Positions 27,392 to 37,155 of a stretch of 42,328 bases of DNA are shown here, piece by piece. How positions within the stretch are numbered: the first letter of the stretch is position 1; each line of letters starts with the position of its first letter. The notes under the pieces were generated by a model. That model saw only the letters and a list, made by a program, of their open reading frames with translations. It did not search any database and had not been told where the DNA came from. Both the position numbers and the translations under genes were made by a program. Source of the DNA: a virus (taxonomy: Duplodnaviria; Caudoviricetes); IMG/VR virus record IMGVR_UViG_3300034066_000621, positions 1-42,328 of that record; one strand, given 5' to 3'.

Positions 27392-28437
27392 GACAACTTA
27401 TTTCTTTTACTCATTTGCTTATCATATACATAGTAACAATATTGTTTTCCTACATTATGAATAAGTTTACCTATCCAATTATCTTTTGGTAATGTACCCA
27501 CTACATAAGCCATATGCTCAGTCCAAGGTTTAACCATCATATAAATCCACTTAGTATTTTGTGGTTTAGCTTTCATATACTTAACTACATTTCTAGCCCA
27601 CATCATATATCCTAATACCAAACGAGGGTCTTTTTCATACATCATCTCACCATAAATTTCATCGGCGTTCCAAATGTGTTGAGGTAAGAAACCTTGATTG
27701 TATAATTCGTTACAAATGATTTTCTTCTTTTTAGTAGTTGCATTTGTAAGTTGTTGGTTAGCTGCAATCAATTGTGTTTGGTTAGTATTCAATTGAGTAT
27801 TTATCTGATTTATAGTTTGGTTAAGATTTATTATCTGATTTTGTGCAGATGTTAATTGTTCATTTAATAATGCGTTCTCTTGTAATAACGAAGTATTTCT
27901 TGCACTTAATGAAACTCTTTGAATAGATTCTGCGGTTGCTTTTTGTATTGAGTTTTGTAAACTACCAATACTACTTTCTATTTTTAAATTAGCTTGTTGT
28001 GTTTGATTTTGTGATACAGCCAAAAGTAAATCTTTAGAATCCATTTCAACCAAAAGACTTTGAGTTACTATTTCCAATTCTTTAACCTTTGATGCTAAAT
28101 CAAGAGTAACTGTGTTTAATCTTTCAACTTGCAATGTTAAATCACTTATAAGTTGAGTTGCTTCATTATAAGATGTTAATAAAATTGTTGGTGGTAATGA
28201 TGGCGCATCCGGAGTAATCAATTCTACTATATTAGTATCTATTGATTTTATAACTTCAACCTCATTGTATTTTGGTTTTGTTAATTTACCAGAAAGGATA
28301 CCATCAGTCGCAACAGATCCACTAAAGATATGAACACCAAAATCATTTTTAGTTTTGATTGCCAATGAACCACTAACTAAAAGTTCTGATATTTTATCTT
28401 CATTTCGTAAACCTGTCTTTATTAATCTCTTTATCAT
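27382..28437 (-). CDS. Long coiled-coil protein with a C-terminal KIICNEL..G..GY..WA domain
   Basis: N/Q/L-rich heptads at aa ~90-235, then a compact aromatic domain. Confidence 0.7.
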   Translation of the reverse strand: MIKRLIKTGLRNEDKISELLVSGSLAIKTKNDFGVHIFSGSVATDGILSGKLTKPKYNEVEVIKSIDTNIVELITPDAPSLPPTILLTSYNEATQLISDLTLQVERLNTVTLDLASKVKELEIVTQSLLVEMDSKDLLLAVSQNQTQQANLKIESSIGSLQNSIQKATAESIQRVSLSARNTSLLQENALLNEQLTSAQNQIINLNQTINQINTQLNTNQTQLIAANQQLTNATTKKKKIICNELYNQGFLPQHIWNADEIYGEMMYEKDPRLVLGYMMWARNVVKYMKAKPQNTKWIYMMVKPWTEHMAYVVGTLPKDNWIGKLIHNVGKQYCYYVYDKQMSKRNKLSWQ

Positions 28438-28439
28438 TT

Positions 28440-29525
28440 CTAATTCTTTGCTATACTAAATGTTATATTATCATCAAAATATTGAGAACCACCATCTTGC
28501 TCAATCATAAATTCTATTTTATAAACTCTATCAGCTTCCCAATTTGATAAATTAAGTTTTATATAATTTCCATCAGCATCGCAACTTATTTTAGAATAGT
28601 TGCCAAATGGAATTATAATATCATTGGATGCAAAATCTCTTATTTGATAATATGTAGTTTGCGGTAAATACTTTTGAGTAGTATATTGGAATTGATTTGA
28701 AAAAGTTTTTAATGGATATAATTCTCTACCAAATATTCTTATTTTAGCAATACTATTTAGTTTATATTCTTTCTTTAAATTATTAATACCAATTTTAATA
28801 TCTTCTGCAGTCAATGCTATTAATGAACCGGTTACATATAATTGGTCATCCCAACCTATTCTAATCTTTGGTTGATATATCGTATGAGTCTCTTTACTAA
28901 AGAATTTAATTACACCATAATCTTCGGTATTTGATTCTACATCATTTGAATTATCTGCGTTTGCATATTTTAAAATAAATCCATCATTTGGTATAGAACC
29001 ACTCATCCAAACTCTTAACATAGATTTTACATCCATATTAATATCAGAAGTTTGATAATTAAATGATTGAGAAGCTGCATATTGTGTCCACCAAGTTCCA
29101 CCCACGCCATTGTTTATACTAGCCGTTGTAAATGAATTAAAATTGTTTTGCAACCAATCCAATTTAGTATCACCTTCTCTATAATTCCAAGTTGCACCCT
29201 GTGTTGATATATTATCAAAACGAGTACCAGTACCCATTTGCCAACTACCAGATAGTGCGCTTGCATATATTGTATATTCTAATGGAATTTCATTTGTTTG
29301 AGTTTCTCTTAAAATTAAAGTTGCATCATTAAATCCAATACTATTATCTGATATTGATTTTGATATATATCCTACATCAAATTTTACTAAGGCGTGAGAT
29401 ACATCTTTTATGTTCCCATAATATATTTTACTTATTTCTAAGATTTCATCAAGCCCAGTATTTTGATTGGGTTGTTGAAGATAAAGCGTTGCATCTTTTG
29501 ATGCTGTTAAAAAGTAGTATCCCAT
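28440..29525 (-). CDS. Structural protein with a DNRLRE/CBM96-like beta domain
   Basis: KDATLY..PNQNTG.DEILEI..ALVKFD..ATL.L..W..W..NDGFILK..F.S.E...PK pattern. Confidence 0.55.
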   Translation of the reverse strand: MGYYFLTASKDATLYLQQPNQNTGLDEILEISKIYYGNIKDVSHALVKFDVGYISKSISDNSIGFNDATLILRETQTNEIPLEYTIYASALSGSWQMGTGTRFDNISTQGATWNYREGDTKLDWLQNNFNSFTTASINNGVGGTWWTQYAASQSFNYQTSDINMDVKSMLRVWMSGSIPNDGFILKYANADNSNDVESNTEDYGVIKFFSKETHTIYQPKIRIGWDDQLYVTGSLIALTAEDIKIGINNLKKEYKLNSIAKIRIFGRELYPLKTFSNQFQYTTQKYLPQTTYYQIRDFASNDIIIPFGNYSKISCDADGNYIKLNLSNWEADRVYKIEFMIEQDGGSQYFDDNITFSIAKN

Positions 29526-31561
29526 TATTTTGCTCTTCCTTTTATGTCCGAATCCGGATATTTAATTTCAAAAATAGATGGGTCTAAAGATGGATATACA
29601 ATCTTAGCTTTAGTTGCCGCTTCTATATTATATGAATTTGGTGCGTACTTACCTCCGCATTTATTTACTATTAATAAATTTGGAACAGATGAAACTCCTT
29701 CTATATTTGCTATTAATAATTCAACTTCACTCAAATTTATGGTTTGATTAAATTGCCAATTATCAATCTTAAAGTAATCTTTCAATTCAGAAATACATTT
29801 TGCCAATACCTCACTCTTATTATAATTCTGATAAACTGATATCTCAAATTCAATACCTATGTTTATAATAAACCCATCATTAATATTAATACCATCCGTT
29901 AATAATCTATACTCATTTAGATACGTCTTTACATTTTCTTTAACACCTCTACTAAGTGGTACTAATCTTCCAAATAAATCATACCCTAACAAATACAAAT
30001 TAATTGCAAAAGGATTATTTTTTTCATTTTCATTTGAAGTCTTTCCAATTAAATAATTTGTAATATCTTCTTTTACAGATTGTTCAGATGGTTCTTCGCT
30101 ATCAGGCATATTAACAAAGTTCATTACCAAATCAGTAAACTCTTGTAAATTGTTTGGAGATGCTAATATAGATGCGGGCGAATTATTATCAATTGTACCA
30201 TCAGCCACAGCGTAAGCTTTTGCAACTGCTCCAAATTTTGCAGGCATTGATAAAACTCTTACTTGATAATCCTTTGCGGTTACTGCTCTATTTTGAGAAC
30301 CAAAGTTTGCTAAAGCATTTTGTCTAATTTCTTCAACAGTCTCACCACCTCTACCTCCGGCAGCTGTAACTTCATTATCAATAGCTACAGAGTTTTTAGT
30401 AGCGTTATATATTGCCCTCTCTGCATCAGTTAGTGCTTGAGTATCTTCTTCAAACTCTATTTTATTGATTCTAGTCAATTGTCCAGTTGCTACATTTGAT
30501 TTAACACCACCGCCAGTTAAATACTTAACAGTTATTGTTGTTGCTGATGGTGATGTTCCATATGTTTTTGTTTTCAAAAAGTTTGTAGGGTCAAATGATT
30601 CTTCTAATCTACTGATAGAATTTGGTAATCCCAATCCTACATTTTTAAGATTTGGAATTAATTGCTCATCGGATGCTGATGAATCACCTGCACCGAATTG
30701 GATAACAGTTCTACTTTCCTCATCTACTTTTGCAACAAATCTTCTTGGAGTTTTTATTGTTTTTAAAATGTATGGTACAGTTGTTTTAAATTGATACAAA
30801 TCCGCATCATTTATTTCTGTATTTGGTACATCTATAAAAACCATTTCTTGTGCTAAATATGGCACTTCATACCATTTATTATTACCACTATCTCTAACAT
30901 CATAAATTTGAATTACATCAGTTTCATCCAATACTATTTTTTCAAATGGAGAATATGAATTAAATGTAACTGATTTCTCTTTTAACTCACCAGATATTAC
31001 TTGAACGTACTTTTTAATTAAATAAAAACTTGGCTCTCCCGTTGCAGCATCTCTTTGATAAACACTAACCTCTCTACCATTTTCATCAGAAAAATCAACA
31101 GCGTCTGTTGTTCTAAATACAATACCATCTTTTGTTGAAATTGATTGCAATCCTTCTTTAATTCTTAAAAAATATTTTGTATCAGGTAAATTATTTATTC
31201 CAGTTCCAATTGAAGGAACTAATTGATAAACCGATAATGTTGTGATTGCTGGGGATGTTACTTTTGGTTTATATCCTAAATATTGAGATAATGCTAATAC
31301 ACTTTTTATATCTTCAGCATATACCATCAATGATTCTTTTAACGTATCATCAATATAATAAGATAAAGAATCTCCTATATATGATGCCATTTCAATAAAC
31401 ATCATACCAGGCGATGATTCATTAAAGTCAGAATATGTTTTTGGGAAATAATTTTTTGCAAACTCTACTAGATTATTTCTAAATCCAATAAAATCCTTAT
31501 CAAGATATTTTATATCCTTTCCTTTATTTTTAAAATTTTTATTTGTTACAGTTATTCCCAT
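29525..31561 (-). CDS. Baseplate wedge protein (T4 gp6 / Baseplate J-like)
   Basis: DF..FRNNL..F.K.YFP..YSDFNESSPGMMFIEMASY.GD.L.YY, GYKP, IQFGAG, Y.TGGG..SN, AAGG..ETVEEIR..A...F..QNRAVT.DY. Confidence 0.88.
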   Translation of the reverse strand: MGITVTNKNFKNKGKDIKYLDKDFIGFRNNLVEFAKNYFPKTYSDFNESSPGMMFIEMASYIGDSLSYYIDDTLKESLMVYAEDIKSVLALSQYLGYKPKVTSPAITTLSVYQLVPSIGTGINNLPDTKYFLRIKEGLQSISTKDGIVFRTTDAVDFSDENGREVSVYQRDAATGEPSFYLIKKYVQVISGELKEKSVTFNSYSPFEKIVLDETDVIQIYDVRDSGNNKWYEVPYLAQEMVFIDVPNTEINDADLYQFKTTVPYILKTIKTPRRFVAKVDEESRTVIQFGAGDSSASDEQLIPNLKNVGLGLPNSISRLEESFDPTNFLKTKTYGTSPSATTITVKYLTGGGVKSNVATGQLTRINKIEFEEDTQALTDAERAIYNATKNSVAIDNEVTAAGGRGGETVEEIRQNALANFGSQNRAVTAKDYQVRVLSMPAKFGAVAKAYAVADGTIDNNSPASILASPNNLQEFTDLVMNFVNMPDSEEPSEQSVKEDITNYLIGKTSNENEKNNPFAINLYLLGYDLFGRLVPLSRGVKENVKTYLNEYRLLTDGININDGFIINIGIEFEISVYQNYNKSEVLAKCISELKDYFKIDNWQFNQTINLSEVELLIANIEGVSSVPNLLIVNKCGGKYAPNSYNIEAATKAKIVYPSLDPSIFEIKYPDSDIKGRAK

Positions 31562-31571
31562 TTTTTATTTA

Positions 31572-32000
31572 TTAAGCTGCTATTGTGAAAGATACAGTGT
31601 TTAAATCAGGTTGATTTAATAATCCAAACGTAACAGATACATTAACTAAGTTATTATCTCTATTATTATTTGTACTTTCTACATCTATTTGTTCTATTGT
31701 AACATATGGTAGCCATTGTTCCAATGCAATTGTTATAGCATCTTCAATTTTACCAGGCAAAGTATCATCATTAAAATCAAAAAGTAATTCCTGCAAACCA
31801 CTACCAAATTCCGGTTGCATTACTCTCTCTCCCTTTTTAGTTAATAATAGATTTTTTACATTTGATTTAATTTGCTCATTTGTTGTAAAGGTTTGATTGA
31901 ACGCAGTATTACCGATTTGGATTGGTAATGATATACCTATCGCATAATCTTCATACTTTTTAGTATCTTGTACTAATTTTTGTCCTAATACAATTGCCAT
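31572..32000 (-). CDS. Baseplate wedge / sheath-initiator protein (GPW/gp25 family)
   Basis: IKSNVKNLLLTKKGERVMQPEFGSGLQELLFD..I..ALEQWLPYV. Confidence 0.92.
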   Translation of the reverse strand: MAIVLGQKLVQDTKKYEDYAIGISLPIQIGNTAFNQTFTTNEQIKSNVKNLLLTKKGERVMQPEFGSGLQELLFDFNDDTLPGKIEDAITIALEQWLPYVTIEQIDVESTNNNRDNNLVNVSVTFGLLNQPDLNTVSFTIAA

Positions 32001-32500
32001 TACTTCTTCTTAAATCTTTTTACAAGTTCTGAATAATCTCTATTCAAAGCTTTATCTATTTCAGCTACTCCAGTGTTTACTCCCAATCCAGTTGGTTGAG
32101 GTCCTTTAGCCATTTCACCATAACCCATTTTTTCAGCTATTGCACTTTTACCTACAATTGAACCCATGTCACCTTGTCCAAAGTTCATTGTTCTAAATCC
32201 ACCATCCCCTTGCGGAATACCACCTCTTGTTTCATTGAGGATTTGATTAATCATTGGGTTTTTGCTGTATTGTTTGATTGGTGCGGTTTTTTGTTGAACC
32301 GATTCTATGATTGGTTCATCTTCTAAAATAGCCTTAGCCATTGAAATACCCTTTGATTGTGGTTTTTGTGCTACTTTTGTTTCAGATAGCATCTTTTTCA
32401 TTTCAGCCTTCACACCTTCCTTAATTAAAGCAGGTAATTGCTCTTTAAGCTCCTCTTTAATCAGAATTTGAATGGCTTCTAATAGTTTATCCATGTCCAT
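32000..32500 (-). CDS. Hypothetical protein
   Basis: Own ATATTTATA motif (32529-32537); stop overlaps the gp25 start. Confidence 0.7.
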   Translation of the reverse strand: MDMDKLLEAIQILIKEELKEQLPALIKEGVKAEMKKMLSETKVAQKPQSKGISMAKAILEDEPIIESVQQKTAPIKQYSKNPMINQILNETRGGIPQGDGGFRTMNFGQGDMGSIVGKSAIAEKMGYGEMAKGPQPTGLGVNTGVAEIDKALNRDYSELVKRFKKK

Positions 32501-32528
32501 AATATTCTATTCTTTGTTTTGTTATGTT

Positions 32529-32537
32529 TATAAATAT
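32529..32537 (-). promoter_or_regulatory. Putative phage promoter ATATTTATA heading the baseplate operon
   Basis: Exact motif upstream of ATG 32500. Confidence 0.65.
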
Positions 32538-32559
32538 TTGAATTAAGTATTTTTGAGAT

Positions 32560-33660
32560 TTAACTCCAAAGGGTAGGGTCTTTCTGCAATTCCCCCCAAT
32601 ATTTGTTAAATTCTCTAATTCTTTCCTCAGCTCCATTTGGTGGATTTTTACCATTTACTCTCCAACCACATAGATTTATTTGTTTAACACTAGCATCAGT
32701 AGCGTATTTTGATATGTTATTACTTTTCCAGAATAAACAAGCCGATTCAGCCCCACCTTTTGTTTGAGCTACTAAATCAGGATTTGCAATCCAATTATCA
32801 CCAACCATTTTTCCAAATTTTTCATAATTTACTTTTCCGGTAACTTGTAACATTCCCCTACCTCTAAATTTAAAACCTTCACCACTTGATTCGGGCCCAT
32901 TACCCAATCTGTTACCATATACATAGTTTCCTATCTTTTGCTCTTGCTTAGCATATTGATTAGCTTGAGCATCTGATTTGAAATATTTTGGAAATATTTG
33001 TAATAATCTACTAGCACTATACATCAAACTTTCTGTCTTAACTCTAAATCCACCAGTCTCTGCATGCACCTGTGCTAAAAAATGTGCTCTATCTAATGCA
33101 GTTTTACCAACCCCAACTTTTCTCATAGCTCTAACTAATTCATCTGGAACTTTTATTTTTGATTTATAATTTGGAATAGGTTCTATTTTTTCTTGATTTT
33201 TTGGATTATCCTCAGGTGGTAATTCTTTTTCTACTTCCGCTGCACCTTCTTCAGCTTCTGCATCAATTCTTTCTTCTAATATAGTTTGTTCTTCTTCTGT
33301 TGGTGGTTCTGCGTTGTCTGGAACTTCTTCATATGCTGTTGCCGTTGCCTCATTTATATCAGCACCCTCTAACATAGCTTCTTCTGATGCGGCTTGTTGA
33401 GCTTCACTCATTACTATTTCTTCTTCTGGAATTTCTTCTATATCTTCTACGTCCGCACCAGTAGATGCTGCTCCTCCCGGTCTAGCAGGTGCCACCATAT
33501 ATGAAGTCCAATTTATTATACCAGGACCCGGAGTTCCGATTGGTGGATACAATGATACTGTATTTATAATACCACTTACAGTAGATAGATGTGCTGTTGC
33601 ATATGATATAAAATCATCTACTATAAGGGCGGTATTTTTTGTAGGAGGTATTACTGACAT
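32560..33660 (-). CDS. GH19 (chitinase-like) lysozyme with an N-terminal module and acidic linker
   Basis: AHFLAQVHAETGGF, E.L.YSA.RL..FPKYF, YGNRLGNG, FRGRGMLQVTGKVNY, SACLFW, VNG. Confidence 0.88.
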   Translation of the reverse strand: MSVIPPTKNTALIVDDFISYATAHLSTVSGIINTVSLYPPIGTPGPGIINWTSYMVAPARPGGAASTGADVEDIEEIPEEEIVMSEAQQAASEEAMLEGADINEATATAYEEVPDNAEPPTEEEQTILEERIDAEAEEGAAEVEKELPPEDNPKNQEKIEPIPNYKSKIKVPDELVRAMRKVGVGKTALDRAHFLAQVHAETGGFRVKTESLMYSASRLLQIFPKYFKSDAQANQYAKQEQKIGNYVYGNRLGNGPESSGEGFKFRGRGMLQVTGKVNYEKFGKMVGDNWIANPDLVAQTKGGAESACLFWKSNNISKYATDASVKQINLCGWRVNGKNPPNGAEERIREFNKYWGELQKDPTLWS

Positions 33661-33664
33661 ATTA

Positions 33665-34966
33665 TTATGATTTCATCATTTGAGCTCTATACTCTTTTGT
33701 AAATGTTTTAAATCCGTGATATTCCCAATGCCAAACTTCATCAGGTTTATTACCATCTGATAAAGTAGTTGGGTTATAAAATCCAAATTTAGGTGCAGTT
33801 GCTGCAAAATATTTATACAATTTATTATTTTTTCTAACTTCGGCATTTACATCGGCCTTTATACTACCGCCAACCGCACGATATAATTCACGTATATCAA
33901 CAGCTATACCAAATCCGTGATTAGACCAACCCGGAACTGCGGCCTTACCAGCTTCAAGTTCATTCCAACATTTTACCTGTCCTTCATAATCTCTATACCA
34001 ACTTGATACAGTAAATTGAACATTATCTTTTTTAGCTTGTGCTATAAATTTACCAAAGAAAACAGCTGCTTCAGGATGTAAATTACCAGACCCATAACTA
34101 CCAGCATTAACCCTTCCTAATGCACTAGCAGGAACTCCACCACCATTACCATCATGTTTCTTTGCTCCCTTTCTTAATATCTTACTTCTATCTACAACAT
34201 ACTTTTCAAATCCCGGCGGTACTCCGCTTTTTCCTATATTAGTTACGGTTTTTGCACCAGACACATCAGCATCTACTTTATTTTTTTCTTCAGGTTGATT
34301 TGGTTTTTTACTAGTTTCTTCTTCTATATTTATTTCGGAAGAAGTTTCATCATATGATATTTCCTCCGGTTCTTCTATAAGAGGTACTTCTTCTGTTGGT
34401 AATTCGGGTGTATCTTCTGGGTATGCTTCTACTTCAGATTCTGCCTCTGTTACTTCTTCATCGGTTAATGGTTCATCTGCAAAGAATTCTTCAGCTTGTC
34501 CATTTTCCACATTATTTTCTTGTGCAGCATCATCCAACAATTCTTCAGGATCATTAAATCTTGCTTGCGCTGGCGATGATACCGGTGGTGCCCATTGTCC
34601 GGGGTTTACTACTAAATTAGATGTAACTGAAACATTTGAAGTTGCTCCAGTTGCGGGTATAACAGGTATAGGAAAATTATTCATAGTTGCACCACTCCAA
34701 TAAGCAATAACTCCTTTACCCATCTCACCAACCAAATCATATGGAGAGGTAGATGTTTGTCCTTTTAATAAAGCTGCTTTGAACAATTGAGTCATAGCTT
34801 CAACGTTTCCCTTTTGTAAAGATATTTGATGAAGTGAATCCTTACCTCTTTTAATAGCTGCATCATATTCGGTAGCATATGTTTTTGCTACCAAATCAAT
34901 ATCGTTTATACTATCAGGATTATTTGAAAGGTCTAATATATTATTTTTAAATGTTTGCCAAGACAT
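33665..34966 (-). CDS. M15 (VanY-like) peptidoglycan peptidase with an N-terminal module and acidic linker
   Basis: SSWYRDYEGQ, AAVPGWSNHGFGIAVD, EVWHWEY zinc-peptidase motifs. Confidence 0.85.
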   Translation of the reverse strand: MSWQTFKNNILDLSNNPDSINDIDLVAKTYATEYDAAIKRGKDSLHQISLQKGNVEAMTQLFKAALLKGQTSTSPYDLVGEMGKGVIAYWSGATMNNFPIPVIPATGATSNVSVTSNLVVNPGQWAPPVSSPAQARFNDPEELLDDAAQENNVENGQAEEFFADEPLTDEEVTEAESEVEAYPEDTPELPTEEVPLIEEPEEISYDETSSEINIEEETSKKPNQPEEKNKVDADVSGAKTVTNIGKSGVPPGFEKYVVDRSKILRKGAKKHDGNGGGVPASALGRVNAGSYGSGNLHPEAAVFFGKFIAQAKKDNVQFTVSSWYRDYEGQVKCWNELEAGKAAVPGWSNHGFGIAVDIRELYRAVGGSIKADVNAEVRKNNKLYKYFAATAPKFGFYNPTTLSDGNKPDEVWHWEYHGFKTFTKEYRAQMMKS

Positions 34967-34984
34967 AATTAACTATTTTGTTTA

Positions 34985-35911
34985 TTAAGCATCATCTTCT
35001 ACTTCATTACAATATCTAGTAGCCACGTCTATTCCACTTTCTGCAGTTTTCTTTGCAAAATTCTGAATTTTATATGAAAATGGGTCTTTTTTATCATGTA
35101 CAGATGTATAATAAACCCCAACACTATCTCTTTGTTGATAAAAATAAAATCTATTTCCATTTTTAGGAGTATCATATGATTTGATAAATTTCATAGGTGT
35201 TGATAAATCAGGTTTTCCTATTGTTTCGTTTGATTTTGCTAATGCCGCCTTAGCTGCATCTTGTGTTGGTTTTGCATCCTTAACTGCGGCTTCGGTTGTT
35301 TTGTTTATTACAATTTTATCCTTTTGTTCTTCTGTCAATGGCTTACCTCCATTTCCTTCTTGAACTTTTTTAATTTCGTCTTGTGCACTTTGTTTAGCCT
35401 TTTCAGCAGTAGCTGTTGCTTTTTCTTCGGCACTTGCAATTCCTTGTTTTACTTTATCTTGTGCATCGGATACTGCTTTTTGTGCTTTTTCTTGCACAGT
35501 TGCTACAGCTGCTTCTGCTTTAGCTTGTGCACCAGCTACAGCTGCTTGTGCTTTTGCTTGTGCACCTGCTACTGCCGCCTGTCCTTTTGCTGCCAATTGT
35601 TTTGCTTTAGCTGCAGCGGCCGCTAACTTATCTTTGAATTTATTATTTTTAAGTTTCTTTGGTACTGGTAATTCTTTTTGTTTGAATTCAGGAACGCCAG
35701 GCAATTGTGGTACGTTTGGTAACTTAGGTAATTGTGGTACTGCAGGTGGTTTTGGTATTTTTGATTGTAAATCACCTATCGCATTTGTTGCTTTTGATGA
35801 TACATCCCCAACTGCGTTTGTTGCCGTTGATGATACATTCCCAACTGCGTTTGTTGCCGTTGCTTGTGCATTTTGCGCTGTGCTTGTTGCTTGTGCAGTT
35901 AAATTTTCCAT
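34985..35911 (-). CDS. Ala/Lys/Gln-rich protein with 11-residue repeats
   Basis: ATNAVGNVSST/ATNAVGDVSSK/ATNAIGDLQSK and AVAGAQAKAQA/AVAGAQAKAEA/AVATVQEKAQK repeats; Pro-rich spacer. Confidence 0.75.
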   Translation of the reverse strand: MENLTAQATSTAQNAQATATNAVGNVSSTATNAVGDVSSKATNAIGDLQSKIPKPPAVPQLPKLPNVPQLPGVPEFKQKELPVPKKLKNNKFKDKLAAAAAKAKQLAAKGQAAVAGAQAKAQAAVAGAQAKAEAAVATVQEKAQKAVSDAQDKVKQGIASAEEKATATAEKAKQSAQDEIKKVQEGNGGKPLTEEQKDKIVINKTTEAAVKDAKPTQDAAKAALAKSNETIGKPDLSTPMKFIKSYDTPKNGNRFYFYQQRDSVGVYYTSVHDKKDPFSYKIQNFAKKTAESGIDVATRYCNEVEDDA

Positions 35912-35912
35912 A

Positions 35913-37154
35913 TTAAGATGTTTGGTTTAATTTACTTAAGATATTATTTAACTTGGATTTTATTTTACTAAAAGTTGGTAAATTTTCAGGTCCTATTTTA
36001 GATGGGCCGGAAGGTGTTAAGTAATTTTGTGCAACTATTGCATCCAATAGTTCTGCTAATAGTTCAACCAACTTCTTTCCTTTAACCAATGGTTCTAATT
36101 CAGTATCTCCTAAAAATATAGAACCCTTACCACTATGAATTGCAAAATCTTTATTATTTGTTATAAAATTAACATTATCTTTTGTACTAACATCAATACC
36201 ACCTTTATTATCTATTGAAAGTCCACCATCAGAAATAAATCCATAATTCTTTTTTGAATAGAATAACATCTCACCACTTTTTGCAGATAATATTATTCTT
36301 CCAGAGTTTACAAGTATTTGGTCACCTACTAATTTATCAGGATAATTTTCAAAAGATTCAGGCTTTGTTTCAAAATCACCTTTACCTTTATCATCAACCT
36401 TACCAGGAACAAATCCTAATTGAAATTTATTAGATGTCATAGCTATTATGCTACCATCTCTATTTATATCTTCGTTAGTTACTTCACTATCTAATAATTT
36501 TTTAGATTCAGTATTTTCACCATTTCTTATTATAATTGTTGGTGATAATTTTTTTTCATCGTTATTATATCCAGAAAATCTAATTGATTGTCCAAATCTA
36601 CTTTCAAATAAAGTATCACCTTCATATAACTTTAATTTATGAATACCTCTTTCATATAAAAAATAATCACCATGTCCATTATACTTAGCTGTTTCATTTG
36701 TAGTACTTCTTGATATTCCTGTTGATTGTACTTTTGAATATTCCTTTGATGCATTTTCAGTTACTTTTACAGGGCTAAATAGTTTTGATATACTAGTTGG
36801 GTCTGCATCTACTAATGGCGATAATTCGGGCCCTATTCTTTTATAATATGTAGTACCACCCGCTCCTTTTATAATTTCAACAGATTCATTTTTTACAGGA
36901 AGTGTTTTAAAATTTTTATCCAATGGATATGCAATAGGTAAACTAGCATCATCATCTGATGGTTGTCCTGTTAATCTATATTGAATAGCACCTACAAAAA
37001 TTGATTCTTTGTTTTTAGAATCTTCTCTATTTTTTAAATAAGGATGTGTTTCATCTAATATTACACTATAAACTACACCTTGCGATTTTGCACCATCTGC
37101 TCCTGCGCTTTGGGCTGCTTGTACTGCTGATACGCTTGAATTTTGTAATCCCAT
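35913..37154 (-). CDS. Baseplate central spike/hub-like protein (gp5/VgrG-like)
   Basis: N-terminal OB-like region (AYPL..LP..NESV), GDTLFESRFGQSIRFS, beta-repeat region, EPLVKG..L..LL..TPSGPS C-terminus; next to lysins and gp25. Confidence 0.6.
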   Translation of the reverse strand: MGLQNSSVSAVQAAQSAGADGAKSQGVVYSVILDETHPYLKNREDSKNKESIFVGAIQYRLTGQPSDDDASLPIAYPLDKNFKTLPVKNESVEIIKGAGGTTYYKRIGPELSPLVDADPTSISKLFSPVKVTENASKEYSKVQSTGISRSTTNETAKYNGHGDYFLYERGIHKLKLYEGDTLFESRFGQSIRFSGYNNDEKKLSPTIIIRNGENTESKKLLDSEVTNEDINRDGSIIAMTSNKFQLGFVPGKVDDKGKGDFETKPESFENYPDKLVGDQILVNSGRIILSAKSGEMLFYSKKNYGFISDGGLSIDNKGGIDVSTKDNVNFITNNKDFAIHSGKGSIFLGDTELEPLVKGKKLVELLAELLDAIVAQNYLTPSGPSKIGPENLPTFSKIKSKLNNILSKLNQTS

Positions 37155-37155
37155 A

